From Nitrospirota bacterium (lineage in GTDB: Bacteria > Nitrospirota > Nitrospiria > Nitrospirales > NS-4): a stretch of DNA of 64,000 bases. Made by a program: the position numbers and the translations under genes. The stretch's first letter is position 1. Each line of letters opens with the position of its first letter. Below, one piece after another: positions 43,274 to 53,425 of this stretch. A model generated the notes under the pieces. That model searched no databases. It had not been told where the DNA came from and worked only from the letters and a program-made list of their open reading frames with translations. The stretch is from the NCBI GenBank assembly GCA_963788195.1, contig CAWBGA010000017.1, positions 320,001-384,000 of the forward strand. Direction: 5' to 3'.

Positions 43274-43954
43274 TCACCTGCTGCCAACCAGGCTCCGGGG
43301 GGCAAACAAATTTATCAAGAGCAGGCCGGCGAGGAATCCACCGACATGGGCAGACCACGCAACCCCGCCCTCCAGGCCGCCGGTGTTGAAGATGGCATTC
43401 AATGCTTGCATCGCGATCCAGAAACCTAGGACGATGACGGCCGGGACGTGCACCATGTAGGGGAAGATGCCGATTGGAATTAGCACTTGAACACGCACTG
43501 ACGGAAACAGCAAAACATAGGCTCCAAGAACACCCGAGATCGCGCCACTGGCTCCGATCATTGGAATGGGCGAGTCAGCCGCCGTTAACGCGTGGGACAA
43601 GGCCGCCAACGCGCCGGTCACCAGAAAGAACAGGGCAAAACGGCCGTGCCCCAGCACATCCTCTATATTGTTTCCGAAAACCCAAAGATACAACATGTTG
43701 CCCCCTAGATGCAGGATGCCCCCGTGCAGAAACATGGAACTAAACACGGTCAACCAGGCAGGAACCGCCGCGTCCGGCGGTCTTTCTTGGAAATGGAACA
43801 ACTCAGCTGGAATCGCCGCCAGCGAGAGGACGAAATGTTCTCCTCCTGGGCCAAGCAAGACCTGATAAAAAAATATCAGGCAGTTTAGAATGATCAGGCC
43901 GACAGTGACAAAGGGTGTCCGCGTGGTAGGATTCTCGTCGCGGATGGGAATCAT
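43274..43954 (-). CDS. rhomboid family intramembrane serine protease
   Basis: MIPIRD, FLHGGILHLGGNM, GASGAISG, AHVGGF. Confidence 0.93.
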   Translation of the reverse strand: MIPIRDENPTTRTPFVTVGLIILNCLIFFYQVLLGPGGEHFVLSLAAIPAELFHFQERPPDAAVPAWLTVFSSMFLHGGILHLGGNMLYLWVFGNNIEDVLGHGRFALFFLVTGALAALSHALTAADSPIPMIGASGAISGVLGAYVLLFPSVRVQVLIPIGIFPYMVHVPAVIVLGFWIAMQALNAIFNTGGLEGGVAWSAHVGGFLAGLLLINLFAPRSLVGSR

Positions 43955-44076
43955 TTTGACATTTTAGCATCGGACCCTCGCATTTTACTCCCCTCGTCTC
44001 GATTCCCCTTCCGGGGACTCGAGAAGAGGCAACCCGCCTCGCTGCGCGGGGGTCTTCCTGTTAAGATAGAGGCCAA

Positions 44077-45546
44077 ATGCGACTGAATTTAGCGCTTTTC
44101 TTGGTTGTTCTCATCCCATTGCACCCGCCCGCCCTAGAGTCCTTTCGACCCCTTGCAAGTGAAGAGCAAGGGGTGCCCCGGACAGACTCTTTTTCCCCCT
44201 TGCACCCGCCCGCCCTAGAGTCCTTTCGACCCCTTGCAAGTGAAGAGCAAGGGGTGCCCCGGACAGACTCTTTTTCCCTCTTCCTGATGGCCGCTGGGCA
44301 TGATCTTAAGGAAACCAAGGCAGCGTTCGAACGCGGCGACTATGCCAGGGCTCTCAAGATCCTCGACGAGACACTGGCGGGCACGGGTGAACGCCGACCA
44401 CCCGACTACGAGATGCGGGCGGTCATACAAGCACACCTGGGTCGCCCCGAGGACGCCCTCGCTGATTATGATCACGCCGTCAAGCTCACGAACGCTCAGC
44501 GGCCTGAGACTCTTCGCCGGATTGCTATTGGCGTGTTGTCGTCGCTACTCTCCCACGATCAGGAGCAGGTTCGTGGCGCCGCAGTCACCGCTCTTGCCGA
44601 ACTTGGTCCTCGTGGAATTGAGCCGGCGCTGAGCAAAGCGCTGAAGGATACTTCCCCCCGCGTGCGGTCCCTGGCCATCCAGACGGCGGGGCGCCTGGGA
44701 TTAGCCGCCCGTCATCCCACGGTGCGTGAGGCCGTAGAGGATCCTGATGGTTCGGTGCGGCTTGCGGCGCTCGCCACCCTCGGCCTTTCAAAGTCGCCGG
44801 CGGTTGTCCCGGTTGTTCGCAAAGGACTACGCGATCAAGACCAGCTGGCCCAACTCGTGGCGCGTGAAGCGCTCATCCACCTTAATCAGTCGGAGCCTCT
44901 GCAACCGTTACTCAGCGCCACTCGAGATGATAGTCCCGCCGTGCGTGGAGCGGCGCTGGGCATTTTGGGTCGCCTGAAAGCACTTTCCGCGCTAACCGCC
45001 TTGACCATGGGGTTACACGATCCCGATCCGTCCGTCCGCTCGTTCGCAGCCGGCGCACTTGGCGACATGGGGTCAAAAACGGCGATTCCTCAGTTGTTGG
45101 AGGCGCTCAGCGACGAGGACCCTTATGTCAGAAACTTCGCGGCCGGCAGCCTCAGCCGGCTTCAGGCGAAACAAGCCGTTCCTCTGCTATGGGAAGCGGT
45201 GAAAGATTCGGACGCGTTGGTCCGGCTTGCCGCCGCCGAGGCGCTCGTGCGCTTGGGTGAGGGACCCGCGGCGCTCATCTTTCGCGAACTGGCCAAAGAT
45301 CCACAGTACGGAGTGCGCAGTGCCGTGCTGGTATCCATGGCGCGCGTCACACCGGCCCGGGCGCCGGCCTTGGCTGTTGAATCTCTGGAAGATCCGGCAC
45401 CGCGGGTTCGTGTCGCGGCCGTTCAAGTGCTCGGCAAGACGCGCGCGAAAACAGCCATGCCTTATCTACGGCGCGCGCTTCTCGACAGGGACCCGACCGT
45501 GAGGGCTTTTGCCGCGGGCCATCTCGGCGCAATGGCGATAGAATAA
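44077..45546 (+). CDS. exported TPR/HEAT-repeat protein with repeat-derived N-terminal insertion
   Basis: Many D.DP.VR..AA..LG repeats; duplicated 27-aa unit after the hydrophobic N-terminus. Confidence 0.85.
   Translation: MRLNLALFLVVLIPLHPPALESFRPLASEEQGVPRTDSFSPLHPPALESFRPLASEEQGVPRTDSFSLFLMAAGHDLKETKAAFERGDYARALKILDETLAGTGERRPPDYEMRAVIQAHLGRPEDALADYDHAVKLTNAQRPETLRRIAIGVLSSLLSHDQEQVRGAAVTALAELGPRGIEPALSKALKDTSPRVRSLAIQTAGRLGLAARHPTVREAVEDPDGSVRLAALATLGLSKSPAVVPVVRKGLRDQDQLAQLVAREALIHLNQSEPLQPLLSATRDDSPAVRGAALGILGRLKALSALTALTMGLHDPDPSVRSFAAGALGDMGSKTAIPQLLEALSDEDPYVRNFAAGSLSRLQAKQAVPLLWEAVKDSDALVRLAAAEALVRLGEGPAALIFRELAKDPQYGVRSAVLVSMARVTPARAPALAVESLEDPAPRVRVAAVQVLGKTRAKTAMPYLRRALLDRDPTVRAFAAGHLGAMAIE
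44119..44278 (-). repeat. 81-bp-period tandem duplication of an expanded G-run/hairpin repeat, in frame in a CDS
   Basis: 44119-44197 is identical to 44200-44278; minus strand GGGAAAAAGAGTCTGTCC...GGACTCTAGGGCGGGCGGGTGCAA. Confidence 0.9.
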
Positions 45547-45582
45547 TTTCCCGTCCATTAGGCGTGGTTTGGCGGAGGTCGC

Positions 45583-46014
45583 ATGCTCAAATTTTTCGGT
45601 TTACTCTTCGTGGTGGGCGTGGCGTTCGCAATCGGCTATCAAGTCGGGCGAGAAGGCCCGGACGTGCTTCTGAAACACGCGAAGGATCTCAGCACCGAAG
45701 TGATGACGAGGGCGACCGCACTGGAGCGCACGACGTCTGTACGAACCGGTCTCCTGAACGCAAAGGAGCACCTGGTTCAGGCCAAATCCGATATCTTGGA
45801 CAAGAACTACGGCAAGGCGGTGAACGGCCTGCAGGACTGCGTAAAGGCACTGACGCAGGCAAAGGCCTCAGTGCAGGACGACATCAAACCCAGACTCGAT
45901 GCATTGACGAGGAAGGTGTCGGATCTGGCGTCGGATGCCCAGGCCTTAAAACCCGGGATGATGACAAAACTCAACGAGGCGATTCGGGAAGTGGATGCGC
46001 TCTTGAACAGATAG
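45583..46014 (+). CDS. membrane-anchored helical hypothetical protein
   Basis: GGAGG RBS; N-terminal TM; amphipathic helices. Confidence 0.75.
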   Translation: MLKFFGLLFVVGVAFAIGYQVGREGPDVLLKHAKDLSTEVMTRATALERTTSVRTGLLNAKEHLVQAKSDILDKNYGKAVNGLQDCVKALTQAKASVQDDIKPRLDALTRKVSDLASDAQALKPGMMTKLNEAIREVDALLNR

Positions 46015-46042
46015 CCCCGTAATATCCCACCACCCCAAGCGC

Positions 46043-46181
46043 ACCATTACACCCAGCCCACCCTGAAATACAATTTCTACCCCTTACACCATTGACAGGC
46101 AAGGTGTGCCCGGACAGATTTCTTTCACCCATTACACCCGGCCCACCCTGAAATCTGCCAGGACAGATTTCTTTACCCCTT
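46043..46181 (-). repeat. two copies (one expanded) of the G-run/hairpin repeat between convergent genes
   Basis: Minus strand GGGGTAAA-GAAATCTG-TCCTGG-CAGATTTC-AGGGTGGGCCGGGTGTAATGGG followed by an expanded copy. Confidence 0.85.
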
Positions 46182-46187
46182 GCAGCT

Positions 46188-48098
46188 TCAAAAATATGCG
46201 TGGACTGTCAGCAGCACTTCGTTGTCGCGGCGTTCCAAATGATTAACTTCCAGGCGAACCGCCCAGTCCTTCGAAAGCGTGTAACGCTGCTGGAATGAGT
46301 ACTTCGTATTATCTGAATGTTCTCCAAGCGGATACCGTAGATAGCTGGCCGAGAGCAACATCTTCCACCGCTCCGTGACCTCCAGCAACATTCCTCCGGT
46401 CACGCCTCCCCCGACCCGGTGGTTTTCCTCGAATGCATGGCTGTAGTTTGCATCCAGCTCGGCAAACACGAAATAGACTTCTCGACGCAGCCAGCGTGTC
46501 TCCATGGCTGCCCCAGGGCCGACATTAAAATGAAAATTGCCGCAATACCGGCAATCCTGGACCCGGACGGTTTCAAATCCGACGCTGACTTTCCAAGATG
46601 GCCGTTTAAATAATGCATCCATCGGAGAGAGCGAGATGATGTCCAACACATCCAGACGTTCCAGCCTGAACTGATTGTGTTTTTCATAGTGCCGAAGCTT
46701 GATTGCCATGAACTCGATCTGCGCGTCATGCGCAAACCCCGTGTCCGAATCCAGGAGATCGTGATAGGCCGGCCGCAGGTTCACCTCTTCAAAAAACTCG
46801 TCCTGTCGCCACCCGAATGCAATCCCCGCTCGACGGGTCAGGTGGCCTGTATCGGGGGGCGCGCTCACCGGTGCGATGATGACCGGCGCAGACTGGACCT
46901 TCACGGCGCTGCGGGCGATGAGCACCGCCTGGTTTTTCTCCTTATACGTGGCGGCATTCCGTTCCTCTGCGATACTCAGATAGCGCAAATAGTGGGACAC
47001 CACATCGAGCACAAATGCCTGACGGTCAGCCGGCAAACGTCGAAATTCCTGTTGCTGGGCAAGCTCTGGATTCTTCACGAGCCGCGCCAACCAGGACCGT
47101 TCTTGTTCGGAGAGCGTCGCATTTCTCCCTTCAATTTGCGTGGTGAGTGAGGGCCGAAACACGACGTCCGCGATCAAACCCGGCTGACTCGCGACCAATC
47201 GCAGCGTTGCTGCGGGAATGGTCCAGACGATAAACTCGTCCGTCAAATGAAGAGTCGGGTCGGCCACTTCCAATAATGACAGGATGTGATAGGCACAGTT
47301 CTCCTTGAAGTAGAAATAATCAAAATAGGTGTTACCCAGCTCCCAGGCATGCATCAACATATTCAGGACCTGCTGCTCACTGAGGTTCAGCCGATATTCC
47401 CAAATATCCCGGCTCTCGATATCTCGATACTCCTGCACTTTCATGTAATAGGGCATCGTCGAAAAATACCCTTTGAAACCACCGGTCATTCCCATATACG
47501 CGTACATGGCGCCGTTATCAGTTGTGACATCCGCCGCATAATTAATCGTATACGCGAGGATTCGGGTCTGCTCTGTCTGGCCTTTTTGGTCGATGCGAAG
47601 CAGTGTGTGGCCAAACATCGAGGAGGGACTATTCATATAGGCGGAGGGGAAAATGAGTGTGACGGATTGTGGATTGAGCGCGCGCAACCAGACGAGAAAG
47701 CGGTCGCAGGTTTTCGGCGGCAACCGGCGGTCATCAATGGCAAGAACGGTCTTTAGCCAGTGATGGCGCGCCACAAAGGCACACTGGGCGGGCTGAGCGG
47801 TACGACCAACGAGCTTATCAGTGAAGAACGTTCGCAGGGTCGCTTCCAGCTCCGCTCGGGGATCAGTTTTCCCGTTCGGCGCCAGGAAAAAGGCGGGGCC
47901 ATCGGCTTCGCTCGTATATCCGCCCCACAGGTTTTTTCGATAATGCAGTAAGAGATGCCACGGGCGTTGTTCCCAAAGTCGTAGTTCAGCCGATCGCCGA
48001 AGGAGATCATCGAGATAGGGTTGATCAGGTGGCTCTGTCGCGTGAACCGTTCCGGCAACAACAAGGAAGGCTAGAAGGAACCCGATCGATCTTCGCAA
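46188..48098 (-). CDS. DUF4105 (Lnb N-terminal-like) domain protein with C-terminal beta-barrel-like region
   Basis: SMFGHTLLRID, RDIWEYRLNL, YFYFKENCAY; ends HAYF. Confidence 0.85.
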   Translation of the reverse strand: MRRSIGFLLAFLVVAGTVHATEPPDQPYLDDLLRRSAELRLWEQRPWHLLLHYRKNLWGGYTSEADGPAFFLAPNGKTDPRAELEATLRTFFTDKLVGRTAQPAQCAFVARHHWLKTVLAIDDRRLPPKTCDRFLVWLRALNPQSVTLIFPSAYMNSPSSMFGHTLLRIDQKGQTEQTRILAYTINYAADVTTDNGAMYAYMGMTGGFKGYFSTMPYYMKVQEYRDIESRDIWEYRLNLSEQQVLNMLMHAWELGNTYFDYFYFKENCAYHILSLLEVADPTLHLTDEFIVWTIPAATLRLVASQPGLIADVVFRPSLTTQIEGRNATLSEQERSWLARLVKNPELAQQQEFRRLPADRQAFVLDVVSHYLRYLSIAEERNAATYKEKNQAVLIARSAVKVQSAPVIIAPVSAPPDTGHLTRRAGIAFGWRQDEFFEEVNLRPAYHDLLDSDTGFAHDAQIEFMAIKLRHYEKHNQFRLERLDVLDIISLSPMDALFKRPSWKVSVGFETVRVQDCRYCGNFHFNVGPGAAMETRWLRREVYFVFAELDANYSHAFEENHRVGGGVTGGMLLEVTERWKMLLSASYLRYPLGEHSDNTKYSFQQRYTLSKDWAVRLEVNHLERRDNEVLLTVHAYF

Positions 48099-48256
48099 TC
48101 TTTGTTCAAAAAACCCTAGCGGGAAAAAGCCGGGAGCTTGCCAAAAAGCAAATATACGTACCTGCGTTTGAATCTGTCAAATACGGCGGGCAGGAATGAG
48201 CAAAGGCAAATCGGGCAGCAGAGCCGCGCTCACGGCGGTAGGCATGGGAGGTAAGA

Positions 48257-48284
48257 GGGGGACCCGTTTAGGGGCAGGTCCCCC
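48257..48284 (-). terminator. hairpin downstream of the DUF3015 gene
   Basis: GGGGGACC ... GGTCCCCC. Confidence 0.45.
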
Positions 48285-48295
48285 TTCTGCGCAGG

Positions 48296-48809
48296 TTAGT
48301 TGCTGGCGCTTAGTTTCGCGAGGGTCGGATGGACATCCATTGCGTTATGCAATGCGACGAGCATCGCTACTGGGGTCGCCTCCCCGGAGCGGATTAACGT
48401 CGTGTATTTCTCTTGAGTCATCGCAAAGAAGGCTGGCTGTTGTTCCGCGGGCACACCTAGCAACGTCGCCAGGGACGCCAGATGCTCGCCACGGCCCTGG
48501 GCCATCTCTTGCGCCAGGCTGTCGAAGTTCGCCTGGGCAAATACATTCACCTGCTCATTTTGAACGATGACTCCGTCATTGGTGCAACCCGGATGTTCCG
48601 AAGCTGATGCCAAAGGTCTGGGCTACCGAAGGTGCCGTTGGTCGTGGACCCTAGAACCTGCTGGATAATGTGCTTCTGTCCGGCCGAGCCGTCCCACACC
48701 ATTTTGCCGAGCCCACATCCAGGATCATTACTCCACGCGGCCAAAGCCGGACCGCCTGAAAACAGGCCAACGCAATCGCCGCCTGCAAAAGAACCAACGC
48801 TTTCTTCAT
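48296..48809 (-). CDS. DUF3015 family exported protein; frameshifts near 48770 and 48600-48620
   Basis: GCGLG, STTNGTFG, NFDSLAQEMAQGRGEHLASLATLLG; AGGAGGG RBS. Confidence 0.8.
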
Positions 48810-48966
48810 AGTTCCCCTCCTGTTGAGAAAAAATTCACCGCCTAAGACTTGACCTTACGCACGCCGCGCAGGTCCGCTTAGGGAGCATGTCCCGAAACCA
48901 CCATTACCACAATACCAATGGCGTAGGCAATGCAATATACGAAGTGGGGGCGTGGGATGCCGCCAC

Positions 48967-49743
48967 CTACCGCGTTGTCTGTTGGACAAATTGACGGAGT
49001 CGGCGGAAATATGCCTTACCTCCTATACTGTACAGATTATTGTGGTCGGCGCCATCCACGCGGTAGAACTCTTTCGGAGGGAGGGCCGCCGCAAACACCT
49101 GCTCCCCGAACTGGAACGGGACAATCTGGTCGCGGTCTCCATGAATGATCAGGACAGGCATGCGAATCCGCGGACAAGCGTTCTGCGAGATTAAATCGCG
49201 CGACCAATAGCCAATGGACGGGCAGACCCCAGACATGTATCCTTGGCCAGGTGCCGCAATGGAGGGAAACGCGGATTCGAGGATGAGACCGGCGGCCCGT
49301 CGCCGGCTTGCCAGATCCCCGCCACCGCAGCTCCGAGCGACCGGCCGAACAGCACGATCTGTCCGGGGTCAATCCCCCTTGCATCGACCAGATGCGCGTA
49401 GGCCGCCAAGGCGTCCTGGTACAGATCCCTTCTCTGAAGGACGGCCGCGACTTCGGCCGTAACCCCGGTAGTCAAACAAAAACACTGCCAGGCCGATATT
49501 GTGGAGCTCGGCGAGATTATCCAACCGATGGATGATGTTGCCTGCATTTCCGTGGCACCAAAGAAGCACCGGCGCCTGGGCGGCGGACGGCACAAACCAT
49601 CCGAACAGCTGGGTCCTATCGGCTGCCTGAAATGTCACGTCTTGAAGAGGAAGGCCGGTGATCCGCGCCCAATCGCGCTCGATCCACGGAGCAGGATGAT
49701 ACACGAAGATTTGGTCAAACGAGTCGTGGATGCTCGCCAACAA
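48967..49743 (-). CDS. alpha/beta hydrolase (Bem46/ABHD13-like); several frameshifts, start uncertain
   Basis: CHGNAGN, DYRGYGRS, FGRSLGAAVA, IHGDRDQIVP, GADHNN. Confidence 0.85.
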
Positions 49744-49766
49744 CTATGATCTACGGTGTCGTGAGT

Positions 49767-50743
49767 TTAGGCGGTACCGGCTCGTTCTTCTTCGGACTCG
49801 ACAGGTGAGCGTTTTTTCTTCCAGTCCCAGATGATTCGCTCAGCCCGCATCTGCACGGCGAAATCGGGATCCTTCATCAGGGCCTTGATCGCCGGCTTTC
49901 CGCGGTCGTCACCGATCAGGTCCAAGGCGGCGATAGCCTGGAGACGGACATCCAGTCCTCATCCCGGGTGGCATCGATCAATGGCTCGATCGCTTCCGAC
50001 ACCCCGATTTCGCCGAGGGCGATGACGGCGTGCTTGCGAACATTCTTGTCTTTGTCATTAAGCACGGCCATCAATCGCTCTACTGCCGGCAACCCGACCT
50101 CGACAAGGGCCTTCGTAGCCACATCCTTGAACTCTTCATTTCGCAGCTGGACCATCAATGGATCGAGCACCCGCTCATCCTTGATCTTGCCCAGCACTTG
50201 AATCACAAAGGTCCTGATCTGGTACTCGCGTAGCGCCTTAATCAGCGGCTCCACAGCCGGCGGACCAATCTGCGCCAACGCATCCTGTGCAGCTTCGCGC
50301 ACGTTCCACTCGGAGTCGCGAAAGGCAGTGAGAAGCGGCGCAATGGCGCGTTCGTCGCCCATTTCGCCAAGTGTGATGGCGGCGTCTTTGCGTCGAAACC
50401 AATCCTTGTCCTTTAAGAGATCAATCTGGATCTCGACTTCATCTTTGACCTTCGGCTCCGCGACGGGCGCAGGCTTTGTTTCAGGAGCATCTGCGATAGC
50501 CGTGTCTTCTTGTCCAGGGGTCGCGAGTTCATCTTGAGGAGGTGCGGGCGGCGTGGGTGAACTGGGCAACAGCTCGTCCTGGCGAGCTGATGGTTGGGCG
50601 GGTGCCCCGGGAACAGAGGCTGTCCCGGGGGTTAAGGAGTCTGTCTCGGCAGACTCAGGGCGGGCTGGGTGTAACGGAGCCTCGGGGTTGGCGGCGTCGT
50701 CCTGCGACTGCTTATCCTTGGCGCTCGTGGGTGAGTTGCCCAT
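49767..50743 (-). CDS. HEAT-repeat protein with Pro-rich disordered N-terminus; frameshift near 49950
   Basis: LKDKDWFRRKDAAITLGEMGD, DSEWNVREAAQDAL, DKDKNVRKHAVIALG. Confidence 0.85.
50626..50677 (+). repeat. single G-run/hairpin repeat copy inside the HEAT gene
   Basis: GGGGGTTAAG-GAGTCTG-TCTCGG-CAGACTC-AGGGCGGGCTGGGTGTAACGG. Confidence 0.8.
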
Positions 50744-50761
50744 ATTTATGCCTCTTAATTT

Positions 50762-50980
50762 TCAACTTGCGGTGGCCGGCTTAGCTTCGGTTTTTTTGCG
50801 GCTGCCTTGCGCCTTTCGCAAGGCAAGCGCGCGCTGCTTTCGCTGCGCACGCTTTAGATTCTTATGCAGAGACCGCAGCGCGGGATCGTTATCGGTTTTC
50901 TCGGAGGACTTGCGCCGTTCCATGACCTTTGTCTTCAAGCGCGCAATATCTGATTCTGCGGTCGACTTTTTTTGCCCCAT
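50762..50980 (-). CDS. small Lys/Arg-rich hypothetical protein
   Basis: AAGGAG RBS; MGQKKSTAESDIARLK... Confidence 0.7.
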   Translation of the reverse strand: MGQKKSTAESDIARLKTKVMERRKSSEKTDNDPALRSLHKNLKRAQRKQRALALRKAQGSRKKTEAKPATAS

Positions 50981-51096
50981 GATGCTCCTTCGATCTGCAA
51001 TCCAGCAGTGTCTGAGGACCAGCACACCGCTTTACCTACCACACAAACTACATGAGGGAACAATCGAGGAAGTGTATCGGGTCTTGCGAGGAGCTG

Positions 51097-51843
51097 TCAA
51101 ACGGCAACAGGAAAGTTCTGGGCATCCGGTAACGGGGCTTCCTCATCGGCCGGGGGTTCGGCGGGATGGGGGGAATCCTCAGAGAATTGAGAGAGCAGGC
51201 GGAACCTGCGCTCATCCCGAAGATCTCGCGCGTGAGGCCACACCATATGATTCTGTCGCGCTTCGCCGGAGCCGATCCAGACATCTCCGTACCGCCAATC
51301 CCATTGGGAAGAAAGAGCCCCTGCTGCCCCTAGACTTGCAAACGGTGCTGATCTTTCATTGTTAAAGGGAGTTGGAGCCGCTACGAAACGCCCCCCGGAG
51401 CGCGACAGTCCATCCGTGATGACCTCGACGGTCACCGGAGACGTGCCCAAATCTATCATGTCAAGCTCTGCGGCCGCCGCATGCGACAGGTCGATGATCC
51501 GGCCGTCGATATAGGGCCCCCGATCGTTGATCAGAACCTCGACTTGACGGCCGTTCAATGCATTCATCACCCGTACCCGGGACCCTAATGGCAGTACACG
51601 GTGCGCCGCGGTCAACTTATGCTGGTCGAAGGCCTTACCGCTCGCTGTCAGGCGCCCATGAAAGTCCTCGCCGTACCAAGAGGCTGCCCCGCGTTCCTTT
51701 AAGCCCGCATCATAGTCCCCGTATCCCTTGGGAACGAGTGAGCAGCCGGAAAGAGCCATGGAGGTAGACAAGGTGATGATAAAGGCGAGGGACATCCAGC
51801 CGCCTCTGGGCTTTAGTCTCCGCACTGTGTTTTTTGCTGCCAT
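51097..51843 (-). CDS. rlpA: septal ring lytic transglycosylase RlpA family lipoprotein (start uncertain)
   Basis: LSGC lipobox; ASWYG, TAAHRVLPLG, INDRGP, RIIDLS. Confidence 0.88.
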   Translation of the reverse strand: MAAKNTVRRLKPRGGWMSLAFIITLSTSMALSGCSLVPKGYGDYDAGLKERGAASWYGEDFHGRLTASGKAFDQHKLTAAHRVLPLGSRVRVMNALNGRQVEVLINDRGPYIDGRIIDLSHAAAAELDMIDLGTSPVTVEVITDGLSRSGGRFVAAPTPFNNERSAPFASLGAAGALSSQWDWRYGDVWIGSGEARQNHMVWPHARDLRDERRFRLLSQFSEDSPHPAEPPADEEAPLPDAQNFPVAV

Positions 51844-51991
51844 ACGATGCTTTCCCCTGATTGTCTCAGGCGCTTTGAGCATTGATTTAAGAACGTTGAA
51901 AAGTTAGGGTTGCGCCTGAGGAACAGGCTCTAGTTAGATCAGTAGGTGCTGGTACCTTATCGCATTCCGTCGCGTGCTGTCAAGAAGGTTG

Positions 51992-52020
51992 TTGACACGA
52001 TTCTGGCCGTCCCCTACACT
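51992..52020 (+). promoter_or_regulatory. putative sigma70 promoter for rimO, back-to-back with a minus-strand TTGACA at 51983-51978
   Basis: TTGACA, 17 nt, TACACT. Confidence 0.55.
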
Positions 52021-52074
52021 GCTCGCATGACATTGTTAACATTGAAAACCCCCTCTGTTGAGGCCTCCAAAATC

Positions 52075-53419
52075 ATGCCCAAAACAACGATTGGCTTCGT
52101 CAACCTAGGTTGTTCGAAGAACCAGGTCGACACCGAGGTCATGCTCGGATCGCTCGCCAATAATGGATTTGCCTTCACTTCGGACCCGCGGGAAGCGGAA
52201 GTCGTCATCATCAATACCTGCGGATTTATCGAGGAGGCAAAGCAGGAATCTATCGATACCATCATTGACTTTGGGCAGCTCAAGAAAAGGGGGGCATGTA
52301 AAGTACTCATCGCCGCGGGCTGCCTCTCTCAACGATATCAGAATACGTTATTGAAGAGCCTGCCGGAGTTGGACGGCGTGGTGGGGACGGGAGAAGTCGG
52401 CCGGATCGCCGAGATTTGCCGCACGCTCCTTACGCCCGGTCGAAAGAAGCAGCGGGTGTGGATGACGCCTCCTCCCTATCTTTATGACGAGTTCACTCCC
52501 CGGATGCGCCTGGGCAAGCCGCACTCCGCTTTTGTGAAGATCGCGGAGGGATGTAACAGAAACTGCACGTTTTGCGCGATACCGCTGATGCGAGGAAAGC
52601 AACGGAGCCGGTCCACTGAGTCTATCCTCCAGGAAATTCAAAAGTTAGCCGGCGAAGGGGTCACAGAAATCAACCTGATCTCACAGGATACGATCAATTA
52701 CGGCGTTGACCTGGGAATACGCCACGGCCTCGCCACCATGCTCCGTGAAGCCGTCAAAATACAGGGGCTTCGGTGGATCCGGCCTTTCTATCTCTATCCG
52801 CAGGAGGTGTCGGAGGATTTGATCGAACTGTATGCGAACGAGCCGAAGCTCGCCAAGTACGTTGACATGCCCTTACAGCACATTAACGACGTCGTGCTCA
52901 AACGGATGCACCGTTTGGGGACGAAGAAGCTCCATCACGGAAATCGTGAACCGGTTTCGGCATCGCGTGCCTGGACTGACATTTCGGACCGGATTCATCG
53001 TCGGGTTTCCGGGAGAGACCAAGGCCGCGTTTCGCGAGCTCAAGCGTTATCTTACAGAAATGGAGTTCGATCGCGTGGGCGTGTTCGGCTACTCAGATGA
53101 AGAAGGCACTGCCGCCGCTGCGCTGCCGGGGAAAATTTCCCGCGAAGTCATGGAGGAGCGACGGGACGAGCTGCTGACACTTCAGGAAGGGATTTCACTT
53201 CGCAAGAATCGGAATCGGATCGGAACTATCATCGAAGTTCTCGTGGACGGACCCTCCGAAGAGACCGATCTGCTCCTGGAAGGACGCCACCAGGGACAAG
53301 CTCCGGATATCGACGGGGTCGTGTACCTGAACGAGGGCAACGCCAGCCCGGGAGACTTTGTGAAAGCCGAGATCATCGAGGCCCACGCGTATGACCTCGT
53401 CGGCCGGATCGCCGGCTGA
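52075..53419 (+). CDS. rimO: ribosomal protein S12 methylthiotransferase; frameshift near 52930
   Basis: LGCSKNQVD, NTCGFI, KIAEGCNRNCTFCAIP, FIVGFPGET, QAPDIDG. Confidence 0.93.
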
Positions 53420-53425
53420 CGATAA

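Noticed and set aside
43992..44029. ncRNA in the divergent rhomboid/HEAT gap
   Set aside because: A single imperfect hairpin with no further support.
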